Source of the DNA: Octopus vulgaris
Lineage: Eukaryota
DNA length: 64,000 nt
Assembly (NCBI GenBank): GCA_951406725.2
Contig: OX597825.1
Span: 57,102,001-57,166,000 of the forward strand
Direction of reading: 5' to 3'
The translations under genes were made by a program, and so were the position numbers. Within the stretch, counting starts at the first letter, position 1. Every line of letters begins with the position of its first letter. A model generated the notes under the pieces. That model was given only the letters and a program-made list of their open reading frames with translations, did not search any database and was not told the origin of the DNA. Shown here piece after piece: positions 40,818-52,055 of the stretch.

Positions 40818-41719
40818 TTAATACCATCAACAAAACAGTACTCAACTTGTGCTTTATTTTATTGAGCCAGGAGGAGTGAAAAGCAAAACTGACCTTGGTA
40901 GAAATAGCATTCAGAAGTAAAATGCTTAAAAAATAACCATAAAGTATTATTTCTGAGGGTGAAATAATTCTGTCAATTCAATGCTCTTTTTCCATGTAGA
41001 AATAAGATATGTATGGCAGGTATCTCTCAGAATTAGTGAAATTTTCAAAAACAAACAAACATGAACACACTTCACACTCTGTAATGGTACTTAAAAAGTA
41101 GAATGATTTTTTTGCCCTTATGGTAACATATTTAATACATTCTTGATGTGATCTCACAGGACATGAAACTAATATAGTTTAAATGGTCTCTATATTAAGA
41201 TTAAAAGACACAGAGAGATTGTGCTTGTCTAATATCAAAAAAATCACTAAAAACCCACCTTCTGCTGAACCAAAATCATTTATAAACTTTATTTTATAGA
41301 CCTATAATATTCATAACATTTGCAATATTTCATATTTCCAGACTTTTTAACTGCCTTGCATGCAAAAGATGTTTCTTTTCTTTTTCTTTTTTATAATTAC
41401 TGACCTATTTATTTTTTTATTTTTTGACCTCCTGCCAACTTGCCCAAATCAGCCAAACTGCCAAATGGCTTAATCTGATTTTTTATACAATTTCTGTAAA
41501 AAAAAATTCTTTTTTTATCTTTACTTATAATCAATAAAAAAATATTCCGTGTAAATTGGATTAAAAAATTTATTTATTTATTATTTATTCACGGAATTTG
41601 TGCATTAAATGAACATACTTATAAAGGATAAAAAAATTATTTACTCATTATATTCAGTATTTATAGTGTTAGTCTGGTTAGGCAGTATCTATCTTACACC
41701 CCTAGATGACATGGCTGTG

Positions 41720-41753
<34 letters not shown>

Positions 41754-42368
41754 ATATAGCTGCTGGATGGGAAGTTTGCTACACAACTACACGACTGTGT
41801 TCACTCCCACTTTACAGCACCTTGGCCAAGTGAGATGTATTACAGCCCCAGACCAACCAAAGCCTTGTGAGTGGATTTGGTAGACAGAAACTGAAAGAAG
41901 CCCTTCATGTATGTATGCATGCATATATGTATGTATGCATATATATAAGTATCTATGTATGCATACAGGCATGTATGTGTGCATGTATATATGTATGTAG
42001 GCATGTGTGTATGTATATATGTATGTATGCATGTGTGTATGTATGTGCATGCGCGTGCACACACACACACACACACATGAGTATGTGCTTTGTCTTTTTG
42101 CCTTCACAGAACATGTTAATTGTAAAAGGATGTCAGTGAAAGATTTCAATACAATTCAGGCATGACTGGGGTTGAGAAGTTTGCTTTGAAACCATGTGAT
42201 CTCAGGTTCAGTCCCACTGCAAGATTCCTTGTGCAAGTGTCTTCTACTATAGCTCCAGACCAACTAAAACCTTGTGAGTAGATTTGGTGGATAGAAACTG
42301 AAAGAAGCCCATCATGTGTGTGTATATATATATGTAGGCATAGGAGTGGCTGTATGCTAAGAAGCTTG

Positions 42369-43776
42369 ATTCCACACATACATTGTCCAGTAGTTGCTGT
42401 GTGAATTTGTTGAGAGTCGGACGGTTTTTTTTTGCTGCTTAGAAAATGTATTCAGACCTTAGCGAGTCTGAGTTGTCTTCAGCAGAGGAGGAGCTGGTAA
42501 GGGCAGTCATAAAGATGGACGGAGTGTTGGAGAAGACAAGGAGTTTTGCTGAGGCCACAGGGATGAAGCAAAGGGAGTTGGACTTGGCTGGTCTGAAGGA
42601 GTATGAGAAGATGGTACAGAAGGTTGGTGGCAACATGAGGTTGTTGCTCCCCCCACCCCGCCCCCAAAGAATTATGGAGAGGAAAATGATCACCTATAAG
42701 TGTTCTCGTAAAAAGGTAAAAAGGCCAAGCAGGTGGAAGCTGAACTGGAAAAGGCACTAAGGGAGTGGTCAAAGGAAATAACATACATAACTAAAGGAAG
42801 GAGACATGGGACAATGGTCGTCCAATTTAGGACAGTAGAGGAGGTGAGGAGGCTGGCGAGTGTGGTGGTGAAAACAGAGGAAGTAGTGCTTCTGCCCACA
42901 TACCTTGTAAGAAAGACTTCCAAGGTAAGGGTAGAAGCAATCCCACCTGATATAGAAGTGGCTGGGGTGGCGGCGGCTGTCCTTATTGGAAGTGTGGAGA
43001 AGGTTGCTGTCCTTCAAGCCACAGAAATGGAAGAAGGAGGGTGGAAAGCGAAGACACTAGAACTAATTATACAGGCAGAGGAGGGACAACTGGAGAGTTT
43101 GGCAGAGACGGTGATGCTGGGAGAAATTGTGCTGAGAGTGTGGGTAAAGGGCAGAGTACCACGTTGTTTTAAATGTGGCCAAACGGGCCATATTAGAGCA
43201 TACTGTCCTCTACAAAGGTCAATAGCAGAAGAAACAGTTTTGGAGATGGAAAAGAAAAGAGAGGAAGAAAAGACAGAAGGAGGAAGAATGGAGAGTAACA
43301 AAGAGCAGAGGGAAGAAGAGGGAAAAAAAAAACACTGAGTGTGATGTGGTACCCCAGTCCAACTCCATCCCACCCAAGACCACTCAGAACCACCCTCCCT
43401 AACCCTAACCCAAACCCACCCACCCCATTTCCCCACAGGTAAAAAAGGAAAAAAGAGCAGACACCTCAGGATTTAGAAGACCCCTACCCCAGTGAAAAAG
43501 GTTATGAGAGAATGCAGTCATGGAGCGATAGCAGAACTGGAACAGTGACTAAAAGGAAACGAGGACTCAGAGGCAGCAAGTAGTGTTGCTCAGTGTGGAG
43601 TGAGTAGCACACTCTTCATATTTTCATTTTCAACTATCACGCATGTTATCATAATTCTAATTTGTTTTTCATGTTTATTTTCATGTGTCATTCATAATAT
43701 CATATTTTATTTTCATATATTTTTTATTGTTATATGTCCCCGCATGTAATGCCTTTATGGGAAAAATATTGAAATA
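42369..43776 (+). mobile_element. ORF1-only (gag-like zinc-knuckle) non-autonomous retroposon with TSD
   Basis: Frameshifted ORFs 42446-42760 and 42733-43338 with an RRM-like stretch and CFKCGQTGHIRAYC (CX2CX4HX4C). AATAAA at the 3' end. aagaagcttg(a/c)ttcc is duplicated at 42359 and 43777 inside a split SINE. Confidence 0.75.
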
Positions 43777-44189
43777 AAGAAGCTTGCTTCCCAACCACAT
43801 GGTTCAAGGTACAGTCCCACTGCATGGCACCCTGGGAAAATGTCTTCTACTATAGTCTCGGTCAACGATAGCCTTGTGAGTGGATTTAGACAGAAACTGA
43901 AAGAAGCCCATTGTATGCTACTTGTAGCATGTAATCCAGTACAACCTGTCACATGGTTGGGTCATCAGCGACTAAACTGGCTACGCCACCAGGCTTGCTT
44001 GGTGAGGAGGGTGTTGTTGGACACTCTGTGGGATGAAAAATAAGACCTGTCAAAGGGCAGAGGAACTCCTGAACAGTTAATGACCATCCAACAAAATATC
44101 TGAACGGATCATATCATGCTGTATTTAACTGACAAAAGGTAGGTTTCTTACCATTGTCAGTATTTACTCACAAGGTATTGGAATCTTAT

Positions 44190-44589
44190 ATGTATATCAT
44201 TCTGCCTAAATAATGGATCTACAAATGCAATATCCCTGCATATCTCACATCTATTTTCATTCCTCCACTTCACTCTCTATTTCGTATCTTATCCAAATTA
44301 ACTATTGCTTAACCATTTTCTCACAGTGTCTCCGATGAAGGGATATATAAAATATCCTGGAAACAGCTGTAAGACCTATTTATAAATGTTCTAAATTCTT
44401 CACAGCCTTGGTTTTTTTATCTCATTCTGAAAAAAAGTTTTTTTATATATACACATGCTGATATATGACCTACGTTGGACTCCTTATTCACATAATCACT
44501 GAACCTGGAGCTTAACTATGGTCTGTCCATAGCACTTATTCAGCATTACTTGACACCTCTGGGTCTTATTGACACTATTACCTCTCATA

Positions 44590-44595
<6 letters not shown>
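44190..44595 (+). mobile_element. Short Penelope-like terminal-repeat relic carrying a hammerhead ribozyme (family 2)
   Basis: Non-coding segment abutting (TC)n(TA)n and containing the motif at 44328-44375. Boundaries are approximate. Confidence 0.55.
44328..44375 (+). ncRNA. Minimal type I hammerhead ribozyme (core variant CCGAUGA)
   Basis: GUCU-CCGAUGA-AG GGAUAU auaaa AUAUCC UG-GAAA-CAGCUG(palindrome)-UA-AGAC. Helix I GUCU/AGAC and a 6-bp helix II core. Confidence 0.75.
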
Positions 44596-44687
<92 letters not shown>

Positions 44688-44879
44688 CATTATATAATTA
44701 GGGCTTAGTAAAATAAATTACTTTGCCACATACTGGACTTAGTAGAAATAGCAGCCAAAAAAAAATTTTTTTAGCCATTTCTACTACTTAAAGAAAATTT
44801 CTCTCAGATAATGTTTACTCCAGACAGCTCACGAAGGTTTGGAGGTAAATACAGAAAAATATCACAAGTACATAGATCG

Positions 44880-44942
44880 TTTGAGTACGTCAACGTTTCA
44901 AGATTAGCCAAATAAAATCACCATTTCTTTTGTCAGCTCAAA
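44880..44942 (-). ncRNA. Type I hammerhead ribozyme copy 1 (G8>A, probably impaired)
   Basis: UUUGAG-CUGACAA-AAGA...UCUU-GAAA-CGUUGACG-UA-CUCAAA. Confidence 0.8.
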
Positions 44943-45440
44943 ATTTCTTAATTTGGATTTGGAAACACTAAAAAGAAGGAACTTTACCTCTTGGCGAACT
45001 TGTCGCTTCAAATGAACCAGCTCCAACTGCTAGTGCCAACAAATTCAAAATGCGCAGGCGTAAATCTCTGCAAATCTTTTCCACCCACGTGGTCTATCTA
45101 GCAAACGTTATATTTTAACCGTGAGAACCAAGGCAGTATGACAGAGAGAAATGAATTATAATATCAATAATTGAGGGTAAAATTAATTAATCAATTTCAC
45201 CAAGTGTTCAGTATGTAAAAGGACCATTTAAGGCAAATTCAAAATATTACATTATATAATTAGGGCTTAGTAAAATAAATTACTTTGCCACATACTGGAC
45301 TTAGTAGAAATAGCAGCCAAAAAAAATTTTTTTAGCCATTTCTACTACTTAAAGAAAATTTCTCTCAGATAATGTTTACTCCAGACAGCTCACGAAGGTT
45401 TGGAGGTAAATACAGAAAAATATCACAAGTACATAGATCG

Positions 45441-45503
45441 TTTGAGTACGTCAACGTTTCAAGATTAGCCAAATAAAATCAGCATTTCTTTCGTCAGCTC
45501 AAA
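45441..45503 (-). ncRNA. Type I hammerhead ribozyme copy 2 (intact consensus core)
   Basis: UUUGAG-CUGACGA-AAGA aau GCUGA uuuuau UUGGC uaa UCUU-GAAA-CGUUGACG-UA-CUCAAA. 6-bp helix I and GUA cleavage triplet; predicted cut between 45447 and 45446. Confidence 0.88.
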
Positions 45504-45711
45504 ATTTCTTAATTTGGATTTGGAAACACTAAAAAGAAGGAACTTTACCTCTTGGCGAACTTGTCGCTTCAAATGAACCAGCTCCAACTGCTAGTGCCAA
45601 CAAATTTTGAATTTGTTGGCACTAGCAGTTGGAGCTGGTTCATTTGAAGCGACAAGTTCGCCAAGAGGTAAAGTTCCTTCTTTTAGTGTTTCCAAATCCA
45701 AATTAAGAAAT

Positions 45712-45774
45712 TTTGAGCTGACAAAAGAAATGGTGATTTTATTTGGCTAATCTTGAAACGTTGACGTACTCAAA
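45712..45774 (+). ncRNA. Type I hammerhead ribozyme copy 3 in the inverted arm (G8>A)
   Basis: tttgag ctgacaa aaga...tctt gaaa cgttgacg ta ctcaaa, read directly on the + strand. Confidence 0.8.
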
Positions 45775-48383
45775 CGATCTATGTACTTGTGATATTTTTC
45801 TGTATTTACCTCCAAACCTTCGTGAGCTGTCTGGAGTAAACATTATCTGAGAGAAATTTTCTTTAAGTAGTAGAAATGGCTAAAAAAATTTTTTTTTGGC
45901 TGCTATTTCTACTAAGTCCAGTATGTGGCAAAGTAATTTATTTTACTAAGCCCTAATTATATAATGTAATATTTTGAATTTGCCTTAAATGGTCCTTTTA
46001 CATACTGAACACTTGGTGAAATTGATTAATTAATTTTACCCTCAATTGTTGATATATATATATATATATGTGTGTATATGCACTGATTTGGTCATGTGAT
46101 GCAGATGGATACTGATAACTCTATAAGGAAGTGCCAATCTCTCAAATTGGATGGAACATGTAGAAGTAGGAGGCCCAGGAAGACTTGAGATGAAGTACTG
46201 AAGATTGAACCTTTCAGATGAGATAATAAAGGAACAAGATACCTGGCATCTGGCCATACTCAAGAAGACCTCTACCCCACAGCAGAAGTGTTAAGACTGA
46301 TCCTTCTGGTGGTGTAGAGCACTCATGGCAGCATCACATAAAAGCGCCCATGCAGTACCACATAAAAGCACCCAGCACACACTGTAAAGTGGTTGGCATT
46401 AGGGAGGGCATCCAACAATAGAAACCATGCCAAATCAAACTTGAGTCTAGTGCAGCCCTCCAGTTTGCAGCTCTGGTCACACTGTACAACCCATGCCAGT
46501 ATGGACAACAGACATTAAATGATGATACATACATACATACATGCATGCATGCATACATACATACATTATTATGGCTGCCCCCTCGTTATCGAGTATGGCC
46601 ATTGCACGAAGCTTAACTGTTACTGGTGCTGTGATCGAATGTGACTTTTTAGCCCAGCTAAAGATCTACAATGTCTTGTACAAAATTGGCAACTAAAACC
46701 TTTACTGGTAATAGCCGGCTGTAGTTGTAACTGGGCTTCATGTACATACATACATACATACATACGTACGTACGTACATACATACATATGTGTGTGTGTT
46801 TATGTTAATGCCTATCTTATATGTTTATATTATTCAATGCTCTAGACACCTCTTTATATATTTACCTGATCCAGAGGTTTAGTAAAATGAGTGACTAAAT
46901 GTCTAGTGCTTTAGTAGAATCATTAGATTGTTGGTAAAAAAAGGCCTTGCATTATTTACTCTGTTTCTTTGCCTCCTGAGTTTGAATCCCATCAAAGCCA
47001 ACTTTGTTTTTCAAGCTCCCAGGGTTGAGAGAATAAAGTACTAGTAAATACTGAATTGATATCATCCCCTTACCTCCTTCCCCTTAAAATTCTAATTTTG
47101 TGTCTAAATTAGAAACTCTATTTCATGCTATCTTTCTATGGTTAGGGTCTGAATCTTGCCATGATCTAATTTGTTGCTTCCTATCAGCAAATTACACATC
47201 AAATGAGTGTTAGTCAAATCCATCCACTATATATATCCTTTCATTCTTTACATTAATGTAAGAGATCAGATGTAGTGTGCAAGTGCAAAGACTGTGCTGG
47301 TATGGTGATGTAATGCGTATGGACAAAGACAGATGCGTAAAGAAGTGCCAATCTCTAACTGTGGAGGGAACCTGTGAAAGATGTAGACCCAGAAAGATAC
47401 AGGACAAGGTAGTGAAATATGGTTTATAGATGTTGAGACTCATGGAGGCAATGACATGTGGCTGAAACTTTTGGTGATTTACAGTGCTTGAGAAGACATG
47501 TCATGCAAAGTGAAATTGTAGTGATCGCCAGTGCTGGTGATACATGAAAGGTACTTGTACTAATGACACCTTAAAGGCACCTGTGCTAGTAACAAGAAAA
47601 ATATACCCAGTACATCAAACCAAAACCGACTGGTGCTTGGTGCGGCTCCCCAGCTAACCACTTCCAATCAGTCTAACCCATATCAGCATGAAAATGAACG
47701 CTAAGTGATGATGATGATGATGATGATGATAATTCTCAGCATATCGTCACCCTCATCTCCACCCTCGTCATCATTTTCTTTATCATTACGATTCTCAGAA
47801 GCTGCTGGAACAATACATGGCAGCTTCTTTAGTTTCAAACACTAAACCTCCATATCATGTACCCTTTGATAAATGTCGACATTATATACCTTCAACTGAG
47901 CAGCAACACTAAATACCTTCAACACTGTCCACTCTCAGACCATAGCTAAATCTCAACATTATATACTCTCAATTAAACCTCAGAAACTGTGTAGCCTCTC
48001 GTTCTTGATATCAGTGTCAGACATCATTCTCACCGCATTGTCATTCTCATTTACACTTTTGTCATCTTCTCCCTTATCTCTATTATTCCCAGAAGTTGCT
48101 GGAACAATACATTGCAACTTCTATAGTTTCCAACACTAAAACTTCCACTAACATTAAATTCTCCAAATAATACCGGTCTTTCAGAGTTACGTCCCTTGCT
48201 ACTTCAAAGTAAAACCTTCAGCTGGTGTTCTTTCATATACCTTGTCTATACATATTCTTTAGAACCATCGATAATTCTTCACCTACCCTCAAAAAATTCC
48301 TTTCATAATCTAAGTGATTGAAATCTATAAATTCCCCGGAACAGATAAATGTCTTTATTACTGTTGTAAGTCTGTGATATATT

Positions 48384-48704
48384 ATGGGACGTTCCCGTCT
48401 CCTTGTCAAGAGCCGTTTTGTACGGCATGGTCTTCCGTTCATCACTTTAATCGTGGGTGGTTCCTTTTTACTTAAAGAATACGCAACTTTGAGGTATCAG
48501 TTTAGGAAATCGGAAATCACATCTGCTAAGGAAATCGCCGAAAAAACAGGAATTGAAGCTAAAGAGGAACCAGTAACACTTGAGAAAATCTACGACGAAA
48601 TGAAAAAGGAGGATCTTGATACTTGGGAGAACATTCGAGGGCCTCGACCTTGGGAAGATTCGAAAACAGTACAAGATCTACAAAGGGGAAAGGCCAGTTC
48701 TTGA
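48384..48704 (+). CDS. COX16: Cytochrome c oxidase assembly protein COX16 (single coding exon, 106 aa)
   Basis: N-terminal RHGLPFITLIVGGSFLLKEYATLRY (TM segment) and C-terminal DTWENIRGPRPWED are hallmark COX16 motifs. Intact ATG to TGA and typical length. Confidence 0.93.
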   Translation: MGRSRLLVKSRFVRHGLPFITLIVGGSFLLKEYATLRYQFRKSEITSAKEIAEKTGIEAKEEPVTLEKIYDEMKKEDLDTWENIRGPRPWEDSKTVQDLQRGKASS

Positions 48705-49269
48705 AGGTAAAATTTTGTTAATTGAAGAAGCGTGAGTTTTACCGCGTCATAGAAGTTTGTCAAATATATAAACAAATTTATTCTGTTTATATATCAATTT
48801 AAAAGCAAATTACTTATTTTAAACTGTAGTTATAGTGTCTAAAATAATTTGTGGGGTTTCTATTGTTTTAAATAATATACAAGGAAAAATAATAGTTAAT
48901 TTCTAACTTTGGTTAACATTATCCCTAACTTGATATAAAGCAGAAAATTTGTTGGTGGTGGGAGGCTTCTTGTTTAATTAAATTTAATTAGTATATTTAC
49001 CGGCTTTTAATGGAAGAAATGAAAGTTGAAGTCAGATTTGGTAAAAATGAATGAATGAGAAGCGGTAAGCTAGACTGTTATTAATTTCTAACAACTTCTT
49101 TATTAGTTGAATAAAACATAACCAATTATGTTTTGAAATATCGAAGTATGTCGTTTGGTAAATTTAAAACACAAGATTTATGTCCTTTATTAAATAACAC
49201 AGGAGACTTTAAAATAGAGATAAAACTAAACCTTTGTTTAATTTATGTTATTTTTAACTGTAACTGCTG

Positions 49270-49590
49270 TCACTATTTTAAACATAAAGTACACTTCTGT
49301 CGTGATTTGGACACCTTTATTACCGCTGAACCGCATTTTAAATGTATAAACTACAATTGAGTTGTTACTTAGACACTAAAACATACCCGAGCTGTATTCG
49401 TACATTTAGACATACACATTAATCGTATTTTCCATACCTAAACTAATACTGACCCGTAGTTTAGACACCTAAATTACGACTGAATCCTTATTTAAATACC
49501 TAAACGACAACACCTGTGCCATATTTTGACGTACACGTGTGTCGTATCTTAGACATGTAATCTACACTAAAATCGTAATTTAGATAGCTA
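49270..49590. repeat. Degenerate ~30-bp minisatellite downstream of COX16
   Basis: Recurring ttagacac..aa..tac.actga..cgta pattern, about 10 copies. Confidence 0.55.
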
Positions 49591-51174
49591 TTGTACAAGT
49601 AAGCTGGGTTGATGCTATAGAGGAAATGAAATATGAAGCAGTTTTTTTATATAATAATAATTATGTTTACTGTGAAGTGAATGAACGTGTTCGTTTCTCT
49701 CCTGTAATATTTTGGTAACTTGTTTATTCTCTCCCTTCATGCCTCTGTCCTCCTAAAATAAGTTCGAAATTACAAGTTGCCTGTGTCACTTCTTTCCTCT
49801 ATTTTGGTCTCAACCATATTCCACAGATGCAGATTATCCTGTATATTTAATATAGTCAACTATTTTAAGACCGTAAATTACTGTTTGAGGGGAGTTTACC
49901 AGCAATTTTTTGCATGTCAAGCAACCACTTAGTAGCTTCCTCATGTACCTTCCTTACCATCAACACCAGAGAATTACAATAATCTCTCTCTCACATACAT
50001 ACACACACAGCAAAAATACTTGCACCTTTTCCATAACATACCAACACAGAAAACAGTAAAGAAAGTAAAACAATACTTTTAATAATCCACTTTTCCATGT
50101 TTTCATGGGTTAGATGGAATTTGTGGAAGCAACAAGTTTTCTACAGCCAGATGCCCTTCCTGTCATCAACCCACCCCTGTTTCCAAGTAAGCAGTGTTTC
50201 ACCGTGGCCATATACGTTTTCACGGAAGGTTGCAAATAAAGGACACCATTTGTATGACTGTGATACTCGTTTACAGCTATCATGCGAAATCGAGACCAGG
50301 GTACACTCACGCACGTCCCTTAGCTACTAGAAATAAGGTTGGACAATTTTTATGCTGGTGATGGCATTTGAGCCAGAAATATGTGTCAAGGCTGTCCTTT
50401 TATGTCCAGACAATAGCCTGTGCTTTTCATGTCATTTATGTCAACTTTGGAGTGAGTCAAGCGATTATCTCCCTTCTCATAAGATTGTCTCAATCTACAT
50501 TTGCTAATTATGGCATATCCTCCAGAGGAGGAAATAATTTTGTTAAATCAAGAATTTATGGTGTGTTGATTTTGATTAAAATTGCATAGACTAATAACCA
50601 GTCATAAGTAACTGGATGCAAATGCAATTGATGCAGCAGAAATATGCATTGGACAAATTTAAATCAAATGTGCTGTATAATCGACTGTAGAAAAAAATAG
50701 GCAGATGTACTTACCTCCATATTCATTGTAATTGTCTTACATGTCATCATCATCCTTTAATGTCTGTTTTCCATGCTGGCATGGGTTGGATGGTTTGACC
50801 GGAGCTGGCAAGCCAGAGATCTGCACCTAATTCAGTAATCTGATTTGGCTTGGTTTCTTATTTCTTTACTGCCCACAGGGGGCTACACACAGAGGGGTCA
50901 AACAAAGACAGACAAACGGATTAAGTTGAAATCATCGACTCCAGTGCATAACTGATACTTATTTAATCGACCCTGAAAGGATGAAAGGCAAAGTCAACCT
51001 TGGCGGAATTTGGACTCAGAACGTAGCGGCAGACGAAATACCGCTAAGTATTTCGCCCGGTATGCTAATGTTTCTGCCAACTCACTGCCTTTGGCTTGGT
51101 TTCTGTGGTTGGGTTCCCTTCCTAATGCCAACTACTTTAGAGTGTATGCTGGGTGTGTGTATATATCTCTTATG

Positions 51175-51223
<49 letters not shown>

Positions 51224-52005
51224 AGATAAGGGCAAAAGAAAAATTCTAATGCCAAATATGCTGAAAAAAAGACAAAAATTGTCAATAACCATTATAATTT
51301 ATGCGTCTCGAAACAAACCGATAGAAATTTCTAAAAATCCGTTATTACCGTATTGGTCTCAATTTCGGGGTTAATTCATAAGAATTTTCCCCTCTTCAGC
51401 GATAAATACGTGAGATATAAGTGAAATACTTACTCATACCCATGGAAAAAGCAAGCACTAAGTCTTGAGCAGACCTAAGTACCCCAAATATATCCAAAAT
51501 AGAAAATCTTCGGCACATCTCGAGACAAAAGCATGGTTGTGTGGTTAAGAATCTCACTTTGCAACCATGAGGTTTCAGGTACAGGCCTACTGGTTGACAT
51601 CTTGGACAAATGTCAACTACTACTTGTATAACCTGAACCAACCAATGTCTAGTGAATGAATTTGGTTGATGGAAACTTTGTGGAAGCCTGTTGTGTTTGT
51701 GTTTGCTCACCACCACTTAACAACTAGTGTTGATTTGTTCATGTCCCTGTAACCTAGCAGTTCTTCAAAATAGAATAAGTACTAAGCTTACAAAAAGTAC
51801 TGGGGTCTCTTTTCCATTTCTTATTTTTGTTATAGGTGCAGGTGTGGCTGTGTGGTAAGAAGCTTGCCTCCCAACTGAATGGCTCCAGGTTCAATCCCAC
51901 TGCATATCATCTTAGGCAAGTGTCTTCTACTATAGCCTCAGGCTGACCAAAGCCTTGTGAGTGGATTTGGTAGATGGACACTGAAAGAAGCCCATTGTGT
52001 GTGTG

Positions 52006-52055
<50 letters not shown>

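Larger units (their letters stand above)
44682..46055. mobile_element. Hammerhead-bearing non-coding retroelement (PLE pseudo-LTR/retrozyme): partial tandem ~562-bp units plus inverted copy, inserted in (TA)n
   Basis: 44682-45045 repeats at 45244-45606. 45161-45606 is mirrored by 45610-46055 across a 3-nt spacer. (TA)n flanks both sides and each copy has one hammerhead. Confidence 0.85.

Noticed and set aside
41787-42149. Many 60-120-aa ORFs rich in YI/CV/HT, here and across the window
   Set aside because: Translations of (TA)n, (TG)n and (TACA)n microsatellites and SINE bodies.
43397-43412. ccctaaccctaaccc telomere-like repeat
   Set aside because: Only about 2.5 units within a C-rich tract of a retroposon; compatible with chance.
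47792-48147. ~60-bp direct repeat (47792-47852 and 48086-48147) upstream of COX16
   Set aside because: A diverged local duplication with no TSD, LTR termini or other supportable function.
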